A DNA stretch of 64,000 bases from an uncultured Bacilli bacterium (GTDB lineage Bacteria; Bacillota_I; Bacilli_A; RF39; UBA660), in contig CALVQR010000001.1 of NCBI GenBank assembly GCA_944358265.1, positions 5,042 through 69,041 of the forward strand. The letters run 5' to 3'. The position numbers and the translations under genes were made by a program. A model generated the notes under the pieces. It was not told the origin of the DNA. It saw nothing but the letters and a program-made list of their open reading frames with translations, and made no database searches. Within the stretch, counting starts at the first letter, position 1. The number at the start of each line of letters is the position of its first letter. Below are positions 30,626 through 40,900 of the stretch, piece by piece.

Positions 30626-31400
30626 TAACCTCCTTTGCTAAATTTATATATGCTTCTGTTCCTCTACTTGTAGGATCATAATTTGCAATTGGTTTGCCAT
30701 GAGATGGTGCTTCTGTCAATCTTATTAACCTTGGTATTATAGTATCATACACTCTTTCTCTAAAAAACCCCCTTACATTTTCAACAACTTCAAGACCTAA
30801 ATTTGTTCTTGAATCAAGCATAGTTAAAACTACCCCTTCAATTTCAAGTGTTGGGTTTAAACTTTTTCTTGCTTGTGTTATTGTATTTAATAATTGCATT
30901 ATACCTTCAAGTGCAAAATATTCACATTGAACTGGAATAAGGACTGAATCACTTGCAGTTAATGCATTTATTGTAAGTATTCCAAGTGATGGAGGACAAT
31001 CTATTAATATATAATCATAATTATCTCTTAACTCATATAAAACTCTTTTTAATTGAGATCCCTTTGAAAAATTAGGATTTTCTTTTGTTTTTTCAATAAG
31101 TTCTATCTCAACACCTGCAAGTGTTATCGTTGATGGTATAACATCCAAATTTTTAAATTTTGATTTCTTTACTGAATTTATTGGTTTTACTTCTCCAATT
31201 AAAGCTTCATATATACTAGCATTTAAATCACCTTTTTCAATCCCTACTCCAGTAGTTGTATTACCTTGAGGATCTAAATCGACTAATAATACCTTTTTCC
31301 CTAATAACCCTAGAGATGCTGCCAAATTAATACTTGTAGTTGTTTTACCTACACCACCTTTTTGATTTACTAATGATATTATTTTACCCATCTTAAACAC
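30609..31400 (-). CDS. soj: Chromosome partitioning ATPase ParA/Soj
   Basis: KIISLVNQKGGVGKTTTSINLAASL...DLDPQGN. Confidence 0.85.
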   Translation of the reverse strand: MFKMGKIISLVNQKGGVGKTTTSINLAASLGLLGKKVLLVDLDPQGNTTTGVGIEKGDLNASIYEALIGEVKPINSVKKSKFKNLDVIPSTITLAGVEIELIEKTKENPNFSKGSQLKRVLYELRDNYDYILIDCPPSLGILTINALTASDSVLIPVQCEYFALEGIMQLLNTITQARKSLNPTLEIEGVVLTMLDSRTNLGLEVVENVRGFFRERVYDTIIPRLIRLTEAPSHGKPIANYDPTSRGTEAYINLAKEVIARNE

Positions 31401-31503
31401 TTCCTTAATCTTTACTGCTATATTATATTTTATCAGAATTTAGACTTTTTTTAAATAACTTATGATAAAAAAATATAAAAAGAATTTATGCATAATAAAT
31501 TCT

Positions 31504-33492
31504 TTATTCTAAACTAGTAAAATCTTCATCATCACTTTTAACTTCTCTATCATTTTTTACTTCTTCATAATTTTTTCCTTGAAAATTATTAAGTTTATCT
31601 TCCTGTTTTTTTGATAACACTTTGTCTATATTACTAATTTTTTTCTTTCTCTTTAATAAAATTATTGTAACTATTCCTGCTGTTATTAACGTTAACAAAA
31701 TTATTATCATTATTATTAATATATTGTTTGATTTTTCTATATCTATAATATATGTTCTTATGTCCCCATTTTCAGCAGTTACTTTTATTGTTATCTTACT
31801 TCCATCTTTTAAATTTTCATTACCAGTTATTTTATATTCTGCAGTTTCATCATCAAGCACTATACTTAAATTAAGTTCATCTTCTTTTGTTTTTACTGTA
31901 TATCTATATACATTTTTAGCAAAATCTATACTATGATTTTTAATTGTCAATGATTTTATAAAATTGTTTGTTGATAATTTTTCCCCTTCGTTTTTTCTAA
32001 CAACAGTTATCTTATATTCACTTTTTTTACCATTTTCTGCTTCTACTGTTATTGTGAATATATTTTCACCAATTTTTAAATTTTCATCTCCAGTAATTGT
32101 AACTTTAGACTTATCTACATTAGGTATTGCTTCTATTTTAAAAGTTTCAACATCATACTCAACATTTACTTTATATTCTAATGTTTCAGGATCAAAATCT
32201 ATCTTACCAGTACTTAAATTTATTTCTTTTAGAGTAGAATCACTATCTCTTCCATCTTTTCTATTAATATTTAATGTATATGTTCTAAGTTCTCCTTTTT
32301 CATTTTGTACTTGTATATAAACAGTATTATTACCTAAAGATAAATTTACAGTCCTTGGTCCTGTCCCATTTACAAAACTAGCTTTATTATCATCAAGAGT
32401 TGCAGATATCGTTACACTTTCAACATCATTTTCTACATCTACATTATATGTTGTTGTATTTTTACTAAAATTTATTTTCCCATTACTTATTGATAATGAT
32501 TTCAAATAATTATTATCACTTCTGACATCTTGTCTTGTAATATTTATTGTATATGTTTTTACGCTACCATCTTCTGCGGTTACATTTATTCTAAATGTAT
32601 TTAACCCATAATTTAAATTAAATTTACCTAATGATCCAGAAACAGAAGCTTTTGTATCATCTTTAGTGGCGCTTATTTGTGTTTCTGATTCAGTTGTAGT
32701 CAAATTATATGTTGTTTTATTTTTATCAAATGAAATATCAGTATTAGTAACAATAAGTGATGATAGATTATTATTTTTACTTCTATTATCAGGTCTTGTT
32801 ACATTAATTGTATACGTTCTCGTCTCTCCAGTTTCACTAGTTACATTTATTCTAAATATATTTGTCCCATAGTTTAATGAAACATTACCTATATTCCCAG
32901 TTAAAGTTGAATTTGAATCCATTTTAGTTGCACTTATTACAGCACTGTTACTATTAATTGTAGTTGTATAATTTAATGTATTAGAATTAAAATTAATACT
33001 TCCTCCGCTAATAGATAATGAAGATAATCTATTTTCATTTGATCTTATTCTTATACTAGCATTAACATTGCCCGCATTATAACTATTATATGATGTATCT
33101 GATGCTTCTATATCTCTAAGTCCTACTGTATATGTTTGATTTGATGTTGCATTACTAGGAAGTGTTACAGTTAGTGTTCCTAATGTTGTTGTTGATGCAA
33201 AACCATTTAAATTTCCTAAAACAAAACCTAAATTACTTCCTGGAGTATAATTAGAAAAATTATTTGAAACAGTAAATCCATTATATGTTATTTCTTCACT
33301 AAAATTATAATGTGCTGATACCCCATTTAATGTAACACCAGATGGTGTTGCACTTATTGTACACTGCACTTGTGCTCCTGCACTACTTGTACTAGGACAA
33401 CTTATATTTACACTAAAACCTGCAGCACTTACCTTGATAGGTAAAACAATGATAATTCCTAGTAAAACCAATACTCCTATTTTATTCTTCAT
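31504..33492 (-). CDS. Membrane-anchored surface scaffold: signal peptide, cohesin-like N-domain, five or six cadherin-like beta-sandwich repeats, C-terminal TM and charged tail
   Basis: N-terminal roughly 140 aa (FSVNISCPSTSSAGAQVQCTISATPSG...YNFSEEITYNGF...LGTLTVTL) resembles a cohesin module. Repeats of about 95 aa (LSSLSISGGSINF...YGTNIFRINVTSETGETRTYTINVTR) are cadherin-like. C-terminal TM IIMIIILLTLITAGIVTIILL, then KRKKK. Confidence 0.5.
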   Translation of the reverse strand: MKNKIGVLVLLGIIIVLPIKVSAAGFSVNISCPSTSSAGAQVQCTISATPSGVTLNGVSAHYNFSEEITYNGFTVSNNFSNYTPGSNLGFVLGNLNGFASTTTLGTLTVTLPSNATSNQTYTVGLRDIEASDTSYNSYNAGNVNASIRIRSNENRLSSLSISGGSINFNSNTLNYTTTINSNSAVISATKMDSNSTLTGNIGNVSLNYGTNIFRINVTSETGETRTYTINVTRPDNRSKNNNLSSLIVTNTDISFDKNKTTYNLTTTESETQISATKDDTKASVSGSLGKFNLNYGLNTFRINVTAEDGSVKTYTINITRQDVRSDNNYLKSLSISNGKINFSKNTTTYNVDVENDVESVTISATLDDNKASFVNGTGPRTVNLSLGNNTVYIQVQNEKGELRTYTLNINRKDGRDSDSTLKEINLSTGKIDFDPETLEYKVNVEYDVETFKIEAIPNVDKSKVTITGDENLKIGENIFTITVEAENGKKSEYKITVVRKNEGEKLSTNNFIKSLTIKNHSIDFAKNVYRYTVKTKEDELNLSIVLDDETAEYKITGNENLKDGSKITIKVTAENGDIRTYIIDIEKSNNILIIMIIILLTLITAGIVTIILLKRKKKISNIDKVLSKKQEDKLNNFQGKNYEEVKNDREVKSDDEDFTSLE

Positions 33493-33493
33493 A

Positions 33494-36397
33494 TCAAAAA
33501 CTTCCTTTCAATATATAATTTGCTAATTGCATTACATCACTTATTTTTATATTCCCATCTTCGGTTACATCTGCGGCTATTTTATAACATTCTTCTTCTA
33601 TTACACTATTATCTAATATATAATTTGCTGTCTTCATTACATCTGCGATTGTTACTTTTCCTGTACCTGTTACATCACCTATAACACTTACAGTATACTC
33701 TTTTACTTCTGTGTTTATTTCTATTTTTATTTTACTTCCTGTTCTTACTATATCTTCTTTTGTTAATTCTTCCCCTTTATTATCCGTTACTGTTATCTCC
33801 CCCGTTGTTTCTATTTTCTTTAATATTTCTTCATATGTATCATTTATTTTAAATCCTAGTATTATATTATTTTCATTTATATTTAAATTACTTATATTTA
33901 TATATTCTGTTGTTATTTCATAGTTTTCTATCTCTCCATATTTATCACTGGTTACCTTTAAAGTCATTCCACTTTTTACTATACTATCTGTTACTTTATT
34001 TTCATTATAATATACATCATATGCTAATTTTTCTGATGAGATATTACCTATAAATTCTTTATAATCTATTTCTTCTTTTATTATTATCTTATTATTTACT
34101 ACATGTAAATCTCCAAATGATATTTCCAATTTTTCTAAACTGTCTATTTTTTCATCATTATATATTATTTCTAAAGTATCTTCTTTTTCATTTATACCCC
34201 CATTTATTACAGTTATTTTGCTTTCGTCTAATTCTTCTGTTAAATATATATACTCTTTTGTTACTTTATATTCATTACTTATTATTCTTACTATTTTATA
34301 CGTATCTAATGTTTTCCCATTATAGCTTATCTCTAAATTATTATCTTTTATGTTTAATTCACATTCTGTATTTATACTTTTTAAATCTAATTCTTCTATA
34401 TTTGTATATATATATTTACTTTCTAATTTATATTTATCACTTGATATATTTAATATCTTAAATTCTTTTACAACCTCATTACCATTTTTTATTTGCAGTT
34501 TATTATCACTTATTTCTATTGCTCCATATTCAATATTTAAATTGCTTAATATTTCTTCTTTATCATAATCTGATCCTACAAATATATATTCTTCTTCATC
34601 ATTTATTACATATTTATTAGTTGTTAATCTTAATATTTGAAATTCTTTTATTAGTACATTACCATTTTTTATTTGCACTTTATTATCATTTATTTCTAAT
34701 GTACCATATGTAGTACCTAAATTACTTAATATTATTTTTTCATCTGATTCTGAACCTACAAATATACTCTCTTCATCATTATTTACTATATATTTATCAC
34801 TTGTTAACTCTGTTACGTATACTTTATATAAACCAGATACTAAATTACTTGAAGAATCTCCTTTAAAATATAATTTATAATTATATTCTCCTGATTCTGA
34901 ACATGTAATTTCTAAGTTTTCTACTTTTTCATCGTCTAGATAAGAATAATTATATTCTTTAGTAAAATTAGAATTTAATTTATAATTATCTGAATCTATT
35001 TTTTTTGATAAATCTATTTTATCATTTTTATAAACTATACTTTCACCTAAATCAAAAGGATTAGAATAAGAGTGTAGTGTTGTTAAATTTGGATTATTAC
35101 TTACATCTAGACTTGTTAAATTATTTTCTTCTACTGACAAACTTGTTAATTTTTCATTTTTACTTATATCTAGACTTGATAATTGATTTCTTCTTATAGA
35201 CAAATCAACTAAATTTGAATTGTTACTTACATCTATATTTTTTAATTCATTTCTAGTTACATTTAAATTTGTTAAATTTACATTTTTACTTACATCTATA
35301 TTTGTTAGACTATTTCCATATAGCAATAAATTTTTCAAATTTACATTTTTACTTACATCTATATTGGTTAAATTGTTCAATTGTGCATCTAAATATGTTA
35401 TTTTTACATTATTATTTATATCTATATTTTTTAAATTGTTGCGAGATATATCTAAATCTTCTAAATTTGAATTGTTGCTTACATCTATACTTGTTAAGTT
35501 ATTATTAGATACATTTAAATTTTTCAAATTTACATTTTTACTTACATTTAAATTTGTTAATTGGTTTTCAGATACATCTAAAGATTTTAAATTTACATTT
35601 TTACTTACATCTATATTGGTTAAACTATTACTTTCATTAAAGGAATCACCGCCTACATCTAAATAAGATAAATTTTCATTATTACTTACATCTAGGCTTG
35701 TTAATTTATTATATCCTACATCTAAATAAGATAATTTAGGATTATTACTTATATCTAGACTTGTTATGTTATTCCTTCCTAATTTTAGTGATAGTAAGTT
35801 TGGATTATTGTTTACATCTATATTTTTTAGTTGGTTTTCAGATACATCTAAATATTCTAAATTTACATTTTTACTTACATCTAGATTTGTTAATTGGTTT
35901 TTAGATACTGATAAACTTGTTAAATTTACATTTTTACTTATATCTAAACTTGTTAATTGAGTGCTTCCTACGATTGATTCATACCCCAAATATAATTCTG
36001 TCAAATTTACATTTTTACTTACATCTAGGCTTGTTAGGTTATCACTATTTAATTCTAATAATGTTAAGTTTGTCATAAGCTCTAGTCCTGATGTTGATGT
36101 CATTGAATTATTTCTGCACCTTAATATTTTTATTCCTTCTAGTTGTGTATTTGTTAAATTTGTTGTATATGATACTTTTTCACCAGCTATTTCATTATAC
36201 GCATCTATTACACAATTATAAAAGGTTTGATCTGTAAATGCATTATTCGCAGGTGTTCCTAAGTTATTTGCTATTATCTTATTTAATTTTGTTGGGTTTG
36301 TCATATTATAATGATTACCTGATAATAATCCTATTATCATTATTAATAATATTATTAATACTATTACTCTATCTCTTTTTTTATTCATATTATTCAT
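33494..36397 (-). CDS. Secreted internalin-like leucine-rich-repeat protein with C-terminal type-I dockerin
   Basis: About fifteen 22-residue LRRs (NLTSLDVSKNVNLTxLxVSxNQL), repeated domains of about 60 aa, and a C-terminal duplicated Ca-binding segment GDVTGTGKVTIADVMKTANYIL...ADVTEDGNIKISDVMQLANYIL (dockerin). Start moved to MNNMNKKR behind an AGGAGA RBS. Ends 1 nt before the cohesin-like gene. Confidence 0.65.
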   Translation of the reverse strand: MNNMNKKRDRVIVLIILLIMIIGLLSGNHYNMTNPTKLNKIIANNLGTPANNAFTDQTFYNCVIDAYNEIAGEKVSYTTNLTNTQLEGIKILRCRNNSMTSTSGLELMTNLTLLELNSDNLTSLDVSKNVNLTELYLGYESIVGSTQLTSLDISKNVNLTSLSVSKNQLTNLDVSKNVNLEYLDVSENQLKNIDVNNNPNLLSLKLGRNNITSLDISNNPKLSYLDVGYNKLTSLDVSNNENLSYLDVGGDSFNESNSLTNIDVSKNVNLKSLDVSENQLTNLNVSKNVNLKNLNVSNNNLTSIDVSNNSNLEDLDISRNNLKNIDINNNVKITYLDAQLNNLTNIDVSKNVNLKNLLLYGNSLTNIDVSKNVNLTNLNVTRNELKNIDVSNNSNLVDLSIRRNQLSSLDISKNEKLTSLSVEENNLTSLDVSNNPNLTTLHSYSNPFDLGESIVYKNDKIDLSKKIDSDNYKLNSNFTKEYNYSYLDDEKVENLEITCSESGEYNYKLYFKGDSSSNLVSGLYKVYVTELTSDKYIVNNDEESIFVGSESDEKIILSNLGTTYGTLEINDNKVQIKNGNVLIKEFQILRLTTNKYVINDEEEYIFVGSDYDKEEILSNLNIEYGAIEISDNKLQIKNGNEVVKEFKILNISSDKYKLESKYIYTNIEELDLKSINTECELNIKDNNLEISYNGKTLDTYKIVRIISNEYKVTKEYIYLTEELDESKITVINGGINEKEDTLEIIYNDEKIDSLEKLEISFGDLHVVNNKIIIKEEIDYKEFIGNISSEKLAYDVYYNENKVTDSIVKSGMTLKVTSDKYGEIENYEITTEYINISNLNINENNIILGFKINDTYEEILKKIETTGEITVTDNKGEELTKEDIVRTGSKIKIEINTEVKEYTVSVIGDVTGTGKVTIADVMKTANYILDNSVIEEECYKIAADVTEDGNIKISDVMQLANYILKGSF

Positions 36398-36493
36398 AAA
36401 AACTTCTCCTATTATCATTATTATTATACAATATTTTTTTATTTTCATAAATATATTAATTAAAATTTGATATAATTATTATGGTGATTATAT

Positions 36494-37459
36494 ATGGCTG
36501 GAACAATTACACATGCATATTTTGTATTAGATGTATATGATAAATTAGATAATAAAACTAAAAAAAATCTATATAAATATAAAGAAAACTTAAAAACTTA
36601 TGGCCAAGGACATGATTTATTTTTCTTTTGCACTAATTTTACTAAACAAAAAAATATAGGAAATTATTTTCATAAAAACGAAACTAAAAATTTTTTTATT
36701 AATATGATTAAATATATTCATAATAATAAATTACAAAATAATTATGAAATAATGGCTTATTTATACGGATATATTTGTCATTATAGTTTAGATTTAACCA
36801 TACATCCATATGTAACATATAAATGTGGTATATTTAAAAAAGGAAACAAAGAAACATATAAATATAATTCTAAACATAGTGATATGGAAAGTTATATTGA
36901 TGCATATATGATTAATAAAAAAGAAAATATTGAACCAAACAAATTTAAAATACATAAATTTTGTTTCAATACTAAAGTATCACACACTTTATCAACTATG
37001 ATTGATTACATATATGAAGAAACATATAATTTAAAACATATTTCATTTTATTATAAACAAGGCATTTTTAATACGAAAATATTATATAGATTGCTTAGAT
37101 ATGATCCATATAAAATTAAAAAATATCTATATAAGACCTTTGACAAAATTTCTACTAAAGGAATAAAAAAAACATATCCAATAAGTTTTGCTTATAATTT
37201 AAATAATAATGATTATTATTTAAATTTAAATCATAATAAATGGAATCATGCAAAATATAAGGAAGAAGTATATACTTATTCAGTAATTGATTTATACAAT
37301 AATGCATTAAAACTCGCAGTTAATATTATAAATAATGTTAATGATGTTTTATACAACAATAAAAATATGAAGATTTTAGATAAAGTTTTTTTAAATTTAT
37401 CTTTTTCAAGTGGAAAAAATTGTAATGATAAAACTAAAAATAAATATTTTGAATATTAA
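36494..37459 (+). CDS. Zinc-dependent phospholipase C family protein (no signal peptide)
   Basis: GTITHAYFVLDVY and GYICHYSLDLTIHPYV parallel the THAxIV and HYFGDxxxPxH zinc-ligand blocks of the Zn-PLC fold. Confidence 0.5.
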   Translation: MAGTITHAYFVLDVYDKLDNKTKKNLYKYKENLKTYGQGHDLFFFCTNFTKQKNIGNYFHKNETKNFFINMIKYIHNNKLQNNYEIMAYLYGYICHYSLDLTIHPYVTYKCGIFKKGNKETYKYNSKHSDMESYIDAYMINKKENIEPNKFKIHKFCFNTKVSHTLSTMIDYIYEETYNLKHISFYYKQGIFNTKILYRLLRYDPYKIKKYLYKTFDKISTKGIKKTYPISFAYNLNNNDYYLNLNHNKWNHAKYKEEVYTYSVIDLYNNALKLAVNIINNVNDVLYNNKNMKILDKVFLNLSFSSGKNCNDKTKNKYFEY

Positions 37460-37502
37460 GAATAATTTTAAGTTTAAATACCATTATATTAATGGTGATA
37501 TT

Positions 37503-37730
37503 ATGTTTAATGGCTATAGAATATTAAATAACAATTACTTATATTTGTTTTTAGATAATAATTATGAATTTGCAAGTGATATACATACTAAAGAAGAAAA
37601 AGAAAACAAAATAAAAGAAGAGTGCAGAAAATTTATAAATATTCATAATCTAAATATTAATGATAAATTATATTTTGTTTCTAACGGAATTGTAATTGGG
37701 TATATAAATAAAAATAAACTTGATAACTAA
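37503..37730 (+). CDS. Small hypothetical protein (about 75 aa)
   Basis: The ORF-track 37410 start was trimmed to MFNGYRIL, which sits behind a GGTGA RBS. Confidence 0.3.
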   Translation: MFNGYRILNNNYLYLFLDNNYEFASDIHTKEEKENKIKEECRKFINIHNLNINDKLYFVSNGIVIGYINKNKLDN

Positions 37731-37766
37731 AAAAAAACACCCTTTTTGAAGGATGTTTTTTGCAAC
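37731..37766. terminator. Bidirectional rho-independent terminator between convergent rpsI and the 37503..37730 gene
   Basis: AAAAACACCCtttttgaaGGATGTTTTTT forms a hairpin with a T-run on both strands. Confidence 0.5.
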
Positions 37767-38183
37767 TTATCTTTTACTGAATTGTGGTGCTTTACGTGCT
37801 TTTTTAAGACCTGGTTTCTTACGTTCTTTAACTCTAGAATCTCTTGTAATAAAGCCTTTAGCCTTTAATATCCTTCTAAAAGATGTTTCACTTGATGGAT
37901 CAGTATTCTTATCATATTCTAATAATGCTTTTGTAATTCCTAAACGAATTGCTCCTGTTTGTCCAGAAAAACCTCCGCCTTTAACTTCAACATTGATATC
38001 AAATTTATCTAATGTATTAGTTGCTTCAAGCGGTTGTTTTAAATCCATAACTAATGTTGGAAATGGTAAATATTCATTAACATCTCTACCATTGATAGTA
38101 ATGCTACCTTTACCAGAAGTCATTCTTACTTTAGCAATTGATGCTTTACGATGACCTGTACCATAATAAATTTTATTTGCCAT
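37767..38183 (-). CDS. rpsI: 30S ribosomal protein S9
   Basis: YYGTGHRKASIAKVRMTSGKG...GGGFSGQTGAIRLGI...KKPGLKKARKAPQFSKR. Confidence 0.9.
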   Translation of the reverse strand: MANKIYYGTGHRKASIAKVRMTSGKGSITINGRDVNEYLPFPTLVMDLKQPLEATNTLDKFDINVEVKGGGFSGQTGAIRLGITKALLEYDKNTDPSSETSFRRILKAKGFITRDSRVKERKKPGLKKARKAPQFSKR

Positions 38184-38194
38184 AATTTTCCTCC

Positions 38195-38626
38195 CTAGTC
38201 TACTTTCATTTCTTTTGGTTGTTGAGCAATATGTTTATGTTCACTACCCTTGTAAACAAATAACTTTTTACCAATCTTACGGCCAAGTCTATTATGAGGA
38301 AGCATTCCTTTAATAGCTCTTTCCATCATTTCTTCCGGATATTTTTCTAGCATTACTTTAGCTGTTCTTTCTCTCAATCCACCAGTATAACCACTATGAT
38401 TATAATAAACTTTTTGATCAAGTTTATTTCCTGTAAGTTTTACCTTATCAGCATTGATTACTATTACATAATCTCCACAATCAACATTTGGTGTATAAAT
38501 TGCTTTGTGTTTACCACGTAATACAGCTGCTGCTTTTGTTGCAACACGACCTAAACTTATTCCTGCTGCATCAATAACATACCAATCACGCTTAATTTCG
38601 GCTGGTTTTGCCATAAATGTTTTCAT
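38195..38626 (-). CDS. rplM: 50S ribosomal protein L13
   Basis: [20 protein letters not shown]...GKHKAIYTP. Confidence 0.9.
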   Translation of the reverse strand: MKTFMAKPAEIKRDWYVIDAAGISLGRVATKAAAVLRGKHKAIYTPNVDCGDYVIVINADKVKLTGNKLDQKVYYNHSGYTGGLRERTAKVMLEKYPEEMMERAIKGMLPHNRLGRKIGKKLFVYKGSEHKHIAQQPKEMKVD

Positions 38627-38689
38627 ATATATTTCCCTTTCCTTGATAGATTAACCTTCCCACAGTTAACCTATATGTGGGTTAATAAA

Positions 38690-38718
38690 TGTACCAATTT
38701 AAATTTTACTAAAAAATA
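38690..38718 (-). promoter_or_regulatory. SigA-type promoter for rplM-rpsI
   Basis: Reverse strand reads TTGACA, 17 bp, TAAAAT upstream of a structured leader (CCCACAtataggttaacTGTGGG). Confidence 0.4.
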
Positions 38719-38752
38719 TATACTATGTCAACAAAATACAAGAAAAAAATCG

Positions 38753-40084
38753 CTATTTTTGAGCGATTTTTATTGTTATTTTAGTAACCTTTGATGAATA
38801 TTCTACTCTTGAATCATTTCCTCTTACTTTTATTTCAACTTCATGTTCACCAACACCAAGGCCTTCTAAATCCACATAAGCTTCTACTTCAGTCGAATCA
38901 ATATCTGTAATTATTTCTTCTACACCTTTTAATATAACAGATACTTGTGTTTCATTTTCGTTTGTTGCTTGCGCAGTATAATTCGAATTCAAATTAATAT
39001 ATCCAAGTCTAACTCCAGATAATTCTGTTGTTGCTTCATCACCGAGTTCAATTGTTACATTAACTGTTTTTTCTGATATTTCTCTTATTCCTGAAGGTTT
39101 CTTAATATTTATTGTATAATCTTTATTTGATTTTAAGTTATCTACATCTACATTTACTTTTACACTATTAGTATTTTCTAATGTTTCAGAATCTCCATAA
39201 ATAGTTACGCTTTGAACACTAGTAGTTATATTCTTTATTGCTTTACCGAATACGACTTTACCAGTTGTTACTACTTCAATTGGAACTTTTTTACTTGGTG
39301 ATTCAATTTCAATTGTTGCAGTTACTTTCGATGGAACCATCTCTACATTCATTTTGTCACCATTTTCATCATAAGCAACTAATTCAACATCTCTTAATGT
39401 ATTTGTTCCTTCTTTTGGATCTACCATATTGCTAACATTTACTAAAGCTTTTATTGTAGATACATTTGATATACTTTCATTTGTTCCTTTTATTATTACT
39501 TCATCATAATCAAGTTTTAAATCACTAATTGCAAGCTTTGAATCAAGTTTATCTATGTTAATTACATCTGCTTCTATTTCTCTTGTTTCTGATTGTTTAG
39601 AACTTACTACAACGGTTACTACAGATGGATCAAGTTTATATTCTACAGATGTTATTGATTGTTTATATCTTAAATTAACTTTGTGTACTCCCGGTTTTAA
39701 ATCACTTAAATCTACAGTTACATCTTGTGTAGGCAACTGTTTTGCTAAATATAAATTAGCTTTAGTTCCTATTAATGTTATATCCACAGTTTCAGGTAAT
39801 CCCTCAATAACATATTCTTCATCGTTATATGTTGCTGTTAATGGTCTATTATATATAACTTCTGCATTCTTTTCCAATAGAGTTGTATTTTGTTTATCAA
39901 CTATCAAAAAAACTATAACTGCAAGAACCAATGATAAAATTATCATACTACTTTTCTTTGCAAGAGCTTTTTCTATAGGCTTATCTGTAATTTTAATTTT
40001 TTCACCAATAGTAACAAAAAACTTAGTTATTGGTACTATTATTTTTTTATCTATAAACCTAATTATTTTCTTAATTAATCTCAT
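38753..40084 (-). CDS. cdaR: CdaA regulatory protein CdaR (YbbR-like domains)
   Basis: N-terminal TM plus repeated YbbR-like beta domains. Overlaps the cdaA stop, the conserved cdaA-cdaR operon arrangement. Confidence 0.75.
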   Translation of the reverse strand: MRLIKKIIRFIDKKIIVPITKFFVTIGEKIKITDKPIEKALAKKSSMIILSLVLAVIVFLIVDKQNTTLLEKNAEVIYNRPLTATYNDEEYVIEGLPETVDITLIGTKANLYLAKQLPTQDVTVDLSDLKPGVHKVNLRYKQSITSVEYKLDPSVVTVVVSSKQSETREIEADVINIDKLDSKLAISDLKLDYDEVIIKGTNESISNVSTIKALVNVSNMVDPKEGTNTLRDVELVAYDENGDKMNVEMVPSKVTATIEIESPSKKVPIEVVTTGKVVFGKAIKNITTSVQSVTIYGDSETLENTNSVKVNVDVDNLKSNKDYTINIKKPSGIREISEKTVNVTIELGDEATTELSGVRLGYINLNSNYTAQATNENETQVSVILKGVEEIITDIDSTEVEAYVDLEGLGVGEHEVEIKVRGNDSRVEYSSKVTKITIKIAQK

Positions 40085-40892
40085 CTATATCTTCCTCCTC
40101 ATCACTTTCTACAACAAAAGTTTCTGATTTTGGCATTAATTCATCTAATATCATTAGTTTAAGTTCATCAATAGATAAATTATAATTTAATTTACCTCCA
40201 ACTGCTAAAGATACTCTACCAGTTTCCTCTGACACGACAATCGCTAAACAATCAGACTCTTCTGATATTCCTATTGCTGCTCTATGTCTTGTACCTAATC
40301 TTTTACTAAATTTCATATCCACAGTTGTTGGAAATACTGCACCTGCACAAGTTATTTTATCTCCTTGTATTATTACCCCTCCATCATGAAGCGGATTATC
40401 CGGGAAAAATATTGCTTCTAATAACTCATTAGATATTTCTGCATATAATTTTTTACTTCTTTCAATATACTCAGATAATGATGTATCTCTTTCAATTACT
40501 ATTAATGCACCAATTCTATTTTTTCTTAAATAATCAATTGCTATTCCTAATTCTGAAACTATTTTTTCTCTTTCTGTTACAGATAATACTTTATGCCTTC
40601 CTAATAATTGAGTTTTACCTAATTGCTCTAAAACATTTCTAATTTCAGGTTGAAATATTATTATAAGTGCAAGAGGCCCCCAAGATATCAAATATTCAAA
40701 TAATAAACCTATCGTTGTAAGACCAAAGTAGTCACTTAAAACTTTAATAAATACAATAGCCAAAATTCCTTTAAATAACAATGAAAATTTAACGTTTTTT
40801 CTTACATTTTTTAATACATAATATAGTACTAACCATACTAGACATATGTCAATTACTTTCTTTAATATTGTCAAAAAATTATCGAAATTCAT
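40071..40892 (-). CDS. cdaA: Diadenylate cyclase CdaA (c-di-AMP synthase)
   Basis: Three N-terminal TM helices and a DAC domain with DGAVII-like (LHDGGVIIQGD) and RHRAA(IG) motifs. Confidence 0.85.
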   Translation of the reverse strand: MNFDNFLTILKKVIDICLVWLVLYYVLKNVRKNVKFSLLFKGILAIVFIKVLSDYFGLTTIGLLFEYLISWGPLALIIIFQPEIRNVLEQLGKTQLLGRHKVLSVTEREKIVSELGIAIDYLRKNRIGALIVIERDTSLSEYIERSKKLYAEISNELLEAIFFPDNPLHDGGVIIQGDKITCAGAVFPTTVDMKFSKRLGTRHRAAIGISEESDCLAIVVSEETGRVSLAVGGKLNYNLSIDELKLMILDELMPKSETFVVESDEEEDIDEIN

Positions 40893-40900
40893 AAATCCTC

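Noticed and set aside
31622-32872. Plus-strand ORFs within the cohesin/cadherin-like gene
   Set aside because: Antisense; hydrophobic low-complexity translations.
33711-36221. Several plus-strand ORFs (33711..33923, 34117..34461, 34350..34568, 35220..35666, 35269..35508, 35766..36221) and tandem 66-bp nucleotide periodicity around 35.2-36.0 kb
   Set aside because: All are antisense to the LRR-dockerin gene. The periodic repeats are the 22-codon LRR units, not a CRISPR array: there are no unique spacers and the repeats are degenerate at the codon level.
37753-38154. Plus-strand 133-aa ORF overlapping rpsI
   Set aside because: Antisense to a highly conserved ribosomal protein gene.
39238-40127. 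Plus-strand ORFs overlapping cdaR/cdaA
   Set aside because: Antisense to conserved genes; no motifs.
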